NCBI GenBank assembly: GCA_900128585.1
Contig: LT642174.1
Location: forward strand, 1 to 44,257
Reading direction: 5' to 3'
Length of the DNA: 44,257 nt
From: Stramenopiles sp. TOSAG23-3
Lineage: Eukaryota
Part shown: piece by piece, positions 21,425 through 31,284 of the stretch
How positions within the stretch are numbered: the stretch's first letter is position 1
Layout of the letters: each line of letters begins with the position of its first letter
The notes under the pieces: model-generated
The model's database searches: none
What the model was told of the DNA's origin: nothing
What the model saw: only the letters and a program-made list of their open reading frames with translations
Position numbers and translations under genes: made by a program

Positions 21425-24400
21425 TTACAGGGCATGCATCTTTTTCAAACTTTTTTCCTTGCTATAAATGTTTACATATTTGGAGGCTATTTCATTTGCA
21501 CTGTGGTTATTGCGCAGCGCCTCATGAACGAAATGGTATTCTAGCAATTTATACCCGATCTTAATTGCACCATATTCTCTGCATAAAAGAGAAGCAATGA
21601 ATATCCTCGCCCGCGAAGGCAACACCACCAAATGTGCATTAAACAACGAAGATGCTTCTTGGCGAACGAATTGTTTGTCTGAAAATATAGCCGAGGACTC
21701 AAAACATTCTAACAGGAACGCTTTTTCAACATGTTTTTTGTCAAGCGACGTGTAATAATCCAATAGCGTTTCTGTTGTCATCTCGAGGACAGCTTTGTTT
21801 GGATCATCCCTGATGTGCAGCAATGAAACGTACAAGTCATACAAAATATCGTTTTGATCAGGAGACTGGCCCTCGGCCACCTTTCGAACGCCACTTAAAT
21901 TTAACTGTAAACCCTTTCGATAAAACGCCAACACCGATGGCAGCCCCCCACCATTTTCTCTGGTACTAGGATGGAATTCCCCTGAGAAGGAGCCCAAGAC
22001 CCTTGATAAAAGAAGAGGAGGGACACCTTTTGATGCCATCTTGGTAAAATAATTTTCAATATTGGCAAAATCGGATATCCGTTCCAATTCAAAGGCAATT
22101 TCTGAAAGATTTGATGACAGCAAAGGGTAATCGTTCATTGCCACTGATGCTTCCAATTCTTCGACAGCGCTAAGCATGCAGCGCCACCTCTTGACCTTCT
22201 CATACTCCGTCGAATCAGGCAAAAGAAGCCGGAGTGCGTCGTCGACCGTCGCACATCTAACACCCAGAGGCTGAAGGTCGTCGTTTCCCTCTGGGGACAC
22301 GAGTGACTGAACAAACTTCACTACTTGCTCCGGACTTAAATCTTTCAAAAATTCGTGGGTTAACAAATATTGCCCGACTGTATCGCTTACACGCCCCCTC
22401 TTACGGATCGCGTCACCAGCAAAATTGTTTGCAATAGATTTGCATGCCTTGAAATGGCTGAGGTTGGGCGGGGGGATTTCGCCCAAATTGACATTCTTAA
22501 CCTTGTCCAACAGTTGGGAAAAAGACATATGAACACAGTAAAAAAACACTTTCCCGTGCGACCGATCCTTTTTTGACGACGCCAATATGGCCTCAATACA
22601 AAACACACTGCACGCAAGTGCCAAGATTCTTTTGTTGCTGCCTTTATTGTCTGGGTTTGCTAACCCAGAGTAATATTTTTGAACTTCCTCTGGGAAGCCG
22701 TTTACTTTAGAAAGCGACAATGCCAGCGATAGCTGGAAGGGATACCTATCGTCCGAGTCAATTGAATCTAAACTTGACGTTACTGCAGGCGGGGGATTTC
22801 TATCCCCAGCCTTTGCATGCTTCCAAAATTTTGCAAATTGGTAAGGTTTGTGCAAATCATATAGCGATAAATTGTCTGCTTTCTTCGGTGGGGAGGAGTT
22901 TGGCACGAGCGCCTTCCACGTCCGCAAAACCGTTTGTAGTTCACTACCCGGACAGCTTGCAATGAGTTTTTTCATAATCTTTTGCTTGCTGCTGTGGTTG
23001 GCCCAACGCTTATCTTGTAAAAACAGCAGTGTCTTCTTACATATATCATGTTGCGTCTTAGCGGAGCATTTGACATCTAACAGTGACAGAATAAGCCGCG
23101 CGGCTTCTGGAAAATCGCCGGCTTGAATTGCACCGTTAAGAAGCATGAGTTGTATCTGAGCATTTCCATCTAAGGCATCATTTATATTTAACAACACACA
23201 AAGCTTCCTAACGGATGCGGCGTCTGCGTAAATTGATGGGTTGTCTTTCAACACCCTGGCAATAACATCACTACGATTGTTCATCAGACGCAGTTGTAGT
23301 GGCAAAAGAGACGATCCAAGATTAGTTATGAGCATGGACGCTTCAATCAAGTGCAGCTCTGCCATTATTTTGTCTCCCAGTTTTGGAGCCATGTTAAGTG
23401 TTTGTTTTGCATGCCCAAGCGCAGGATCCTGAGCCCCAGAAGCGCTGTTAAAGAACTCGATGGAAATATCCAACAATATCTGCTCGATGCTTTCGTGGGT
23501 CAGAGTTTGCCCGCCGGTGCCATCAGTAAAACTGTCTCTAGACAGCATGCTTGAGGCAACTTTGAAGTGACAATTTCCAACGAGATGTTTCAACACCATT
23601 TGGTGGCAAAAGGAGAGAGGGATGGATGGTAAGGCTACCCTAATATATCTCAAATCTTCCATCAATCGGTTAATTTTTAAGTCTTTCCCCTGTTGTCCCT
23701 CTGCTAAAAATTTTCGGCACACGTTTTCAATAAGCAACCTTCCTTGATTGTACGTGCTGTCGTCCGCTTCCATGTTTTCATGGGAAATAGAGTCTTCGAA
23801 TTCATCGAAGAAAGAGATCAGGGGGGATATACCGTACGTTCGCAGTACTTCTACTGCATTCAGATGCACATCAAGTTTGTCAACCCTTCGGTCTAACTCT
23901 TCAATCCCAGTAAACTCCGTTCTGTGTGTTTCGTTAATTACCGGTATCATGTTGAATATACCTGTCATTGCATTAACGAGGTTGACAGACGGACATGCAT
24001 ATATACACGCGAGCGCCGTCCTTATCAACATGGGCGGTTGTCGAATAATTGCGTCGCGGGGAGCGTTCCGTAAGTCGCATGCTTTGAAAATAGCTTCGCA
24101 CAATAAAAAACCATCCTCCCGTTTTGCAGCCTGGATCATAAAGTCAACAATCTCGTTACACCACTCCTTTTCGGTTACGCTCACGTCGTCATCGGGCCTG
24201 GCACCCATGAGTGGTACAAGAAGTTTGCGAATGCGATAAACTACATTTTCTGAATTTGCCCCGCGCAAAACAAGGTCTAGTTTGTTAGTTTTGCTTAACT
24301 CAAGCCATGACTCTAAAGAAAGACCAGAAAATGAAAATCCGTTCCCTCCAAATCCATAAACTAAACGTTCTAAACTTGACAAAGCCACCGACAACCGAAG

Positions 24401-27142
24401 AAGAACGGGACAGGGGCGTCCCACATTTCCTTTGATACATTGAAAACTGAGCCGACCTTGCACAAGGTCCAAGTAAGCCTGCTGTGTAACCTCTTCCGAA
24501 TCGAGGGCAACTTTGTCAACAATTGTTAGCCCAAGTGTACTTAGGGCCAATGCGTTAGATAACTGCCCCGAGCAAGTTTCCATTCTGTAAGCTCGGGAGA
24601 CGTACCATTTGACAACCGTGTTGGCCTGCATCAGCGCTCGGATGTTGGAATCTTCACAGGATGATGCAATGGATGACGCCCACGATACAACTTTTTCATG
24701 CTTCCTGTTTTCCAGAACTGCGCGCAGAATATGGGGATCGAAGCTCCAATCACACATGATGGATTTATACACGGCATGGTGGAAGTCCATTGTTTCAATC
24801 TTGCCCGACGCTCGGTCCATATACACGTATCTTGGGGTTTTGATGCCTGATGACAAACATGGGTGCGGCAACAGCCACCCGTAAGAATCAACTGGGACCG
24901 TGTCCGGTATGTGGTTTAATATATCAAGACGGGCATGTAGTACTTCTGTCCGCGCAATCGCAAATATACCAGCAATTGCATCAAATGCCCCATTTGAAGC
25001 TAGGACTTTGCAGTAATTCGTCAAACAACAGTCTCGATAATTGAGCCAGCTGAGCATGATACGGTCGCTATGTTGGCTTTGAAAGTGGCCGAGCAGCCAT
25101 TTGTAACTTTCCAACCGACATTTATACTTTAAAAACTGGACCCGCATGGAAATTGTTTCCCTGTGTGGTGCAATAACGTTGCCAATCTCGTCTAACACCG
25201 CGCTCATGATTGTTTCGTTTTGTGAGATTGGAGTAATTGCGCGGGTTTCACTTTCCTCCTTGCTACTTTCGCTTGTTTCGTCTTCCTCGTCGACACTCCA
25301 GTCGTCATCACTCCAACCATCTTCATCGTCGCCGGAACTTTCATCCCCCCCCCCAACACTTTCGTCGTCGCTTGGAAGCTCGCGTTCTTCCTCGTTGTCT
25401 TCGCCGGTAAACGCTTTCCCTTGGGAATTTGGTTTTTGACCAAGAATGCGAGCAAGATCGGCGCTAATATCGGGGCAGGCGGTGAGTTTCACCCCGAGAT
25501 CCAATAGCATTTCTATTACGTCAACATTTGCCTCATTGTAGGCAAGGCACTTTTGCAAGACCCACGGTCGATCTTCAATTTTGTTCAGCGTTTCGTGCAC
25601 ATCAGCAGCTGTCGCCGTGTCGCAACTATCCCATCGTCCCTTCCGTACAACATCCATCGATAAGTTGAAGTGTTCTGCAATTTCTGTCGCTTTGTTGAAC
25701 TTGCCTTGGCTAACGTACATGTTCAATAACTGGGCTTTCTCTATTCGTTGAAAATTAATAAAAGACAAAGAGTTGGCGCCAGGACGTTCTACCGATGCAA
25801 AAAGGTTCCCCTCTTCGACACGGCGCAAACAAAGTGATGTGCTGCTGATGTTCGTTGGTTCCCAAAGTGTATTCTCCGCACTTTGCCTATCAACCACAGC
25901 CACATTACCACTTCGGTACGTCAGAAAAAGTTTTCCACTCTCCCACCACGCAATACTAGTAGCATAAGTAGAAACATCATTGGTGGAGTACGATACATTT
26001 TGGGAGACAAAATTTTCGTCCTGGAAGGTCCACATATTTACAGTTCCACAAAAATCAAGGCTGGCCACCTGCAAGGCTTCGCTACCATCGCTTTCAGGCA
26101 CAATACTGAGCGAGTGCGTGAGGTGCTTCGCATCTTGGAACACTAAACGGTCTTCTGCAACCCACCCCAACAGTTGTCGAACTGCTGCCACGACTTTGCC
26201 ACAAAAACCATGTTCTTTCCGCAATGCATGGTTCTTCTTGGAAAATGTTTTTCCAGCGCCCGTTTCGGATTTCGCAACTGAAAAAAATAATTCGCCGAAC
26301 TCGCTCTCTGTCGAGTTTGTCTTGATCGTCGAAATTGCAACTTGCCGTAATGCCCCAGGCAGGGCCTTCCATGCCGACATGACAAAATTGTTTGTGTTGT
26401 TCGGGGCCTGCCCCGCCTGCCGCGTTTCCATCCCAGCAACAAAAATAAGGCGAGATGATTTACCAGCTGCCGAAACCTTTAAGCCCTGGTCCTTCATTGC
26501 CGTGCTTACCAAGGGTGGGGTGGTGCTAGCAAGCACGGGGTGGTTGTTGCCCGGGTCGACAGGGTATCTCACGACTTTGCCATTCATAGAAAACATAAAA
26601 AATTCAACATGGCACCTAGTCTTGTGCGGGCCAGTCGCCCGATGGAAAAGGATGCTAACGATGGGCCCGTCTTCGTTCTCCCTATAATATTCCGAAGAAA
26701 TCATTGCGGGCCCTAGGACACACGTGCAACTGCAATCAAAGCCCACTATACGCGTAGAACCGCGCTCATCGAGCGACAAAAAATAGAAAAAATTACCAGT
26801 CTCGCTCCAGCAAAATGGGCGGTGTTCCAACAACAGTGTATGATCGTCTTCTACATAGGCCTCGGCTGACTTTTCAACCATATTGCCACTTTCCGACAGT
26901 TGTATGACGTTAATCTGCTTCTGCTGAACCACGACTGCAAACCGCTTGTCAGGTGACGTAGAGACTAAGTACTTGGACAGCACACACTTCGAAATTGACG
27001 CATAAAGGTTACCTGCCGTTACCACCTCTGAAGTAGGTGCGTCGTTTTCATTAGATGCTTCCAACCGAACTTGATCCTCTGCGGACACGTGGACGTCACT
27101 GTGCGAGAGAAGCGTCGCAGCGGCCCGCTCCCCGCGGTCCAT
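21425..27142 (-). CDS. NBAS: NBAS / Sec39 / MIP2 family subunit of the Dsl1/NRZ Golgi-to-ER tethering complex
   Basis: 1905-aa ORF. Beta-rich N-terminus, then ATEIAEHFNLSMDVVRK, RLDILNHIPDTVPVDSYGWLLP, WYVSRAYRMETCSGQLSNALAL, EFFNSAS and LLPLQLRL, which match Sec39-domain blocks. Confidence 0.85.
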   Translation of the reverse strand: MDRGERAAATLLSHSDVHVSAEDQVRLEASNENDAPTSEVVTAGNLYASISKCVLSKYLVSTSPDKRFAVVVQQKQINVIQLSESGNMVEKSAEAYVEDDHTLLLEHRPFCWSETGNFFYFLSLDERGSTRIVGFDCSCTCVLGPAMISSEYYRENEDGPIVSILFHRATGPHKTRCHVEFFMFSMNGKVVRYPVDPGNNHPVLASTTPPLVSTAMKDQGLKVSAAGKSSRLIFVAGMETRQAGQAPNNTNNFVMSAWKALPGALRQVAISTIKTNSTESEFGELFFSVAKSETGAGKTFSKKNHALRKEHGFCGKVVAAVRQLLGWVAEDRLVFQDAKHLTHSLSIVPESDGSEALQVASLDFCGTVNMWTFQDENFVSQNVSYSTNDVSTYATSIAWWESGKLFLTYRSGNVAVVDRQSAENTLWEPTNISSTSLCLRRVEEGNLFASVERPGANSLSFINFQRIEKAQLLNMYVSQGKFNKATEIAEHFNLSMDVVRKGRWDSCDTATAADVHETLNKIEDRPWVLQKCLAYNEANVDVIEMLLDLGVKLTACPDISADLARILGQKPNSQGKAFTGEDNEEERELPSDDESVGGGDESSGDDEDGWSDDDWSVDEEDETSESSKEESETRAITPISQNETIMSAVLDEIGNVIAPHRETISMRVQFLKYKCRLESYKWLLGHFQSQHSDRIMLSWLNYRDCCLTNYCKVLASNGAFDAIAGIFAIARTEVLHARLDILNHIPDTVPVDSYGWLLPHPCLSSGIKTPRYVYMDRASGKIETMDFHHAVYKSIMCDWSFDPHILRAVLENRKHEKVVSWASSIASSCEDSNIRALMQANTVVKWYVSRAYRMETCSGQLSNALALSTLGLTIVDKVALDSEEVTQQAYLDLVQGRLSFQCIKGNVGRPCPVLLRLSVALSSLERLVYGFGGNGFSFSGLSLESWLELSKTNKLDLVLRGANSENVVYRIRKLLVPLMGARPDDDVSVTEKEWCNEIVDFMIQAAKREDGFLLCEAIFKACDLRNAPRDAIIRQPPMLIRTALACIYACPSVNLVNAMTGIFNMIPVINETHRTEFTGIEELDRRVDKLDVHLNAVEVLRTYGISPLISFFDEFEDSISHENMEADDSTYNQGRLLIENVCRKFLAEGQQGKDLKINRLMEDLRYIRVALPSIPLSFCHQMVLKHLVGNCHFKVASSMLSRDSFTDGTGGQTLTHESIEQILLDISIEFFNSASGAQDPALGHAKQTLNMAPKLGDKIMAELHLIEASMLITNLGSSLLPLQLRLMNNRSDVIARVLKDNPSIYADAASVRKLCVLLNINDALDGNAQIQLMLLNGAIQAGDFPEAARLILSLLDVKCSAKTQHDICKKTLLFLQDKRWANHSSKQKIMKKLIASCPGSELQTVLRTWKALVPNSSPPKKADNLSLYDLHKPYQFAKFWKHAKAGDRNPPPAVTSSLDSIDSDDRYPFQLSLALSLSKVNGFPEEVQKYYSGLANPDNKGSNKRILALACSVFCIEAILASSKKDRSHGKVFFYCVHMSFSQLLDKVKNVNLGEIPPPNLSHFKACKSIANNFAGDAIRKRGRVSDTVGQYLLTHEFLKDLSPEQVVKFVQSLVSPEGNDDLQPLGVRCATVDDALRLLLPDSTEYEKVKRWRCMLSAVEELEASVAMNDYPLLSSNLSEIAFELERISDFANIENYFTKMASKGVPPLLLSRVLGSFSGEFHPSTRENGGGLPSVLAFYRKGLQLNLSGVRKVAEGQSPDQNDILYDLYVSLLHIRDDPNKAVLEMTTETLLDYYTSLDKKHVEKAFLLECFESSAIFSDKQFVRQEASSLFNAHLVVLPSRARIFIASLLCREYGAIKIGYKLLEYHFVHEALRNNHSANEIASKYVNIYSKEKSLKKMHAL

Positions 27143-28334
27143 GGTTTAAGCACCCAGGGGGGTTGAACTGAATAGACACTGGCTACGGCTAGCTACGGCA
27201 AGTACTAAATCGTGGAACTAACAAACCGGGTGGTGTAACATTTAACTTTAAAGAAGAACAAAAATAACAGAACGAAACGCAAGAAATGCTTATCAATTTA
27301 TTGATCTCATAAATAATAATCCCACTATGTATTATACAATAATGATAATTTTTTTTTTTTAATATAATAAAAAATAATAATAATAATAATATTATAATAG
27401 ACTAGTAGTCGGTATAATTATAATAATAATTTTTATTGTTGCCATCTTCTTCTTGTTCCTTATCTCCTTTTTTCTTTTTCTTCTTCTTCTATTGTATTAT
27501 ACAGTAGCTTATTATCTATAAAAAAATAAAAAATATTTTTATTTTTTTATTATTATATTTTATTTATCTTCTTCTTCTTCTTTTTTTTATGTCATATATT
27601 TTATACATACACGTATTAGGCTAATAGCACAAAAATTATTGTTAAAATTATTATTGGTTTCTTCGACGACACTTCTTCATTTCTTCTTCCACGAATTCAT
27701 TCGAATATCTTTCTTCTAAAAATAACATTTTGTATTTTCTTGTTTTTTGTGGTATTATTGTTGGTTGTTGGTAGACCTACTATTAATAGTTGTAATAAGT
27801 TATAAACGATTTCGTCTTCTGGTGGTTTTCAATTTCTTCGTGGAAGAAAAAAAGGGTGTTTGTTTGTTTGTTTGTTCTCAGAGCCCATTTTTTTTTCTCT
27901 TCTCCTCACTCCTCCTCCTCCCTCCTCTTCTTCTATTTCTTCTTTTATTATTATATTATTTTTTTCAATAATAATAATTTTTTTCAATAATAATAATTTT
28001 TTAAAAAATAAATCCGTTTTCGAAAAAAATAATATGACCCAACAAAAACAAGAAGAATGAAAATATAATAGGAACACAGCATTATACTACTACTACAACA
28101 AAAACGACAACACAAACGTAGTATAATAAAAAATCATTTTATTATGATGCGCTCTTTTCGCACACTTCTCGCACACATCCACATTCTTATATATATATAT
28201 ATAGTCATTGTGAGTGTAAGGGTTCTTTCTTTGCACGTTTTTAACAAAACTAATACGCAAAGATAAAAAGTGCTCGACCCGGTCTGGTACAAACACAATA
28301 AAATATTTTGAGGGTTGCAATAAATTGTAAGATA

Positions 28335-29801
28335 ATGGTGCTTGGGACGGGGCAATTGATTCGTAGGGGGCATCGCCCCAACGTCGCGTTGGGGACACGC
28401 CCTTCGTTGGAAACACGGAATCATGCGTCGAACAACGTGCAGCTCGGAAAATCGCTGCCCTTAAAAAGTAAAAACCCGTACGCAGTCATATACACCAGCG
28501 TCGGAGACTGCAGAAGAGGATCAACAGAGCGACGTAAACGCACTCCCATTTCTTACCCCAATGACATGAAAGAGCCATCCATCAGCGAAGACAAAGGAAA
28601 GGAAGAACGCTGTAACGTAGCACCGTTTTGGTACGATCGTTCTGCAAAGATTGAACGACAAAAATTAGATTTTAGGTTAATAACGCAAAAGCAAAGGGCC
28701 GAACTTTCTCAGGAGGTTCTATCAGAACTTCAACGCCGTTTGAAGAGTATGCATGACAACACCACTCGGGGCTCCGGCGATTTCAGCGATATGCCATTGG
28801 GAGATTATGGGGCCCTTGCCGTCATATCAACGTTGGAAAGCAATACGTCAGCAACGAGTCTCGACTTGCACAACACACAAATGGGAAGCGACGCTGTTAG
28901 GCGTCTGGCCATTGCTCTTGAAAAAAACGACCGAATCAATTCTATTCGTTTAGGGGGGGCAATTCACCAAGGCTCGCACGAACACAACCGCATTGGGGAT
29001 TCCGGCGTCCTAGCGCTTGCAACGACTATCCGAGCGCACCCATCCCTTTCAAATTTAGAAATAGAATCCGACAGCATGAGCAACAACGGGATAGATGCAA
29101 TAGCAGAGTCGTTGGATTTCGAAGATGAAGTAGAAACAGACGAGGGAAAGAAAACGATACGGAACATAGGTGTTATTTCGCGATTGGCCTTGAACAGTCG
29201 CCGGGTGTCAAATATTAGGCGGTTTGCGAAATCGATTTTGGCCACACCGTGTCACATTGTTTCCCTAGATTTGTCCAAATGTGCAATTCGAAACAAAGGG
29301 GCGATGGAGCTAGCGTACGTGCTGAAAAAGAACATGACAATTACCAGCCTATCGCTTCGCTTTAGTAGCATTGAAGAGAAAGGCCTCGTTGGAATTTGTA
29401 ATGCTGTTCGCAAGTACAGTGTAGTAGTTTCCCACCTCGACCTGGCTGGCAACAGCTTTTCCGACGAGGTTGGGATAGCAGTCGGACGAATGCTTCAATT
29501 CACCAGGGCACCTCTTATGCACGTGGGTGTACGAGGGGGAGGATGGTTAAAGGGCATAGGCGAATCCGGCGGCAATGCCATAGCGGAAGCGTTGGAAAGT
29601 GGTAGAATTAAACACTTGAGAGTGCTAGACATGCGCGGGCATACTCTTCCCCCCCGAGTCGAACTCCGGCTGTGGCACAGTGGGCGTAGAAATAAAAAAA
29701 GCAAGAAAAAGAGGAAATCCTTAGTTCTAAGTCCAAAAAGCAAAAAGTTTCACTGGGGAAGCACTTCGGAAGACATCGTCGTATTGACGGGGGAACATTA
29801 A
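28335..29801 (+). CDS. Ribonuclease-inhibitor-type leucine-rich repeat protein (NLRC3-like LRRs, no NACHT domain seen)
   Basis: Repeats such as TSLDLHNTQMGSDAVRRLAIAL, VSLDLSKCAIRNKGAMELAYVL and SHLDLAGNSFSDEVGIAVGRML. First ATG is at 28335; basic C-terminal tail. Confidence 0.85.
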   Translation: MVLGTGQLIRRGHRPNVALGTRPSLETRNHASNNVQLGKSLPLKSKNPYAVIYTSVGDCRRGSTERRKRTPISYPNDMKEPSISEDKGKEERCNVAPFWYDRSAKIERQKLDFRLITQKQRAELSQEVLSELQRRLKSMHDNTTRGSGDFSDMPLGDYGALAVISTLESNTSATSLDLHNTQMGSDAVRRLAIALEKNDRINSIRLGGAIHQGSHEHNRIGDSGVLALATTIRAHPSLSNLEIESDSMSNNGIDAIAESLDFEDEVETDEGKKTIRNIGVISRLALNSRRVSNIRRFAKSILATPCHIVSLDLSKCAIRNKGAMELAYVLKKNMTITSLSLRFSSIEEKGLVGICNAVRKYSVVVSHLDLAGNSFSDEVGIAVGRMLQFTRAPLMHVGVRGGGWLKGIGESGGNAIAEALESGRIKHLRVLDMRGHTLPPRVELRLWHSGRRNKKSKKKRKSLVLSPKSKKFHWGSTSEDIVVLTGEH

Positions 29802-30053
29802 TTGATAGGTAAGGGAGAGGAAAACACAGAGAAACACATTAATTTAAATAATAATAACGGTGGGTACGTACGGAGGAAAAGAAGAAGAAGAGGAGCGAGA
29901 GAGGGAGTCCGATTTTTTAAAACTTGTGTACTTTAAATAACAATAGAGTATAGAGTTAGGCCTATTATTATAGAATAAACTGTACTGATTTTTTTTCGCG
30001 ATTTTAAACGTACACACTATTGCTGTATCTATATTATTAAGTATACAGTATGC

Positions 30054-30492
30054 TCCTTATTTTCACGATATTCGTTCTTTCTTCTGCTAACAAAAAAAAA
30101 GACAAAATAACAATTTAAACTTTAAGAAGAACAGAACTTTTTTTTCCATAATTATAGTCCATGTTGTGTAATATTAATTTTGATTAAAGTCTTAAAGTTT
30201 TAATTTTTTATAGTAATTTTCGCACTTCTTCTTTTTCACTTTTTATAATATTTTAACAATGCTGTGTATAGGTTAAAATAAAATATAATATTTTACCCTT
30301 TTAACTCTCCTCCACTCCAGTTCCATCCTCAGAAGTGAAAAAAGCCCCTTTCATTTTTTATTTTTCATTCTGTGTAAATGCTATTATTATTCTTCCACTT
30401 TTATTTTTTGTTTTTTAGAAACGAAGAAGTGATTTTTTGTCAAGAAGATGATTTAAAAAAAAAAAAGAAAACGAATATCGTGAAAATAAGGA
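30054..30492. mobile_element. Putative MITE / foldback element with perfect 23-bp terminal inverted repeats
   Basis: TCCTTATTTTCACGATATTCGTT (30054-30076) is the exact reverse complement of AACGAATATCGTGAAAATAAGGA (30470-30492). Interior is AT-rich and non-coding; no clear target-site duplication. Confidence 0.5.
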
Positions 30493-31284
30493 ATTCTCCT
30501 CTCTAATATTATACTGTACGAGTATGCCCCCCCTGCCCCAACTTCACTAACCGTGCAAGGTGCAAAGGCACAATAGATGTACGTCCCTCTTTATTGAAAA
30601 TTTCAGGACCCACCAACACAAACACAAATTCCTTGTTCTAGATCTACTTGGTACCGTAGGAGTACGGGGTTTAATATTTGTATATTGAATAATTGGATAA
30701 TACAAAACGACACACCACCACCACCACGCACAAAGATAAAAAATTCAAATAATAATAAATATAATAACCAAATAATAAGCTCACAGCAGAAACGAATTGA
30801 AGAAAAGTAGTTAGTCGTCATCGTCTATATATTGTTATACAAAGGACAAACGACATTTGAATCGCATTCTTCCTCAATCATTAGTTAAGGTACATTACTT
30901 TCATTATATATCATTATCGCTTCCGAAATAAATATACATTTTATAGCCAGTGTATTTAAATAATAAATATGCGAGAAGGAATAATATTTGTTTTTATATA
31001 TATATCCTTAATTATAAATTGAAAGGTGGATAAAAATATGCCACGAACGGAGGACGACCATTCATCATCTTCTATCTCTCCTCCATTTTTTCTCTCTCGA
31101 TAACATGATTGGTGATGCCAACTGACTTAAAAAGGTTGTGAAAAAGGGATTATAGCCAGCGAGTCAGACAGACACGCACGCACACACATACACACACAGA
31201 TACGCACGCACACACATACGCAGAAAGAAGCGTCTCACACAAGTACTAACTTATACAACCAAGCAAAACCAAAGATAATTTGAA

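Noticed and set aside
31244-31263. TACTAAC branch-point-like motif before an AG upstream of the prominin-like ATG
   Set aside because: No clear matching donor or pyrimidine tract; an intron cannot be supported.
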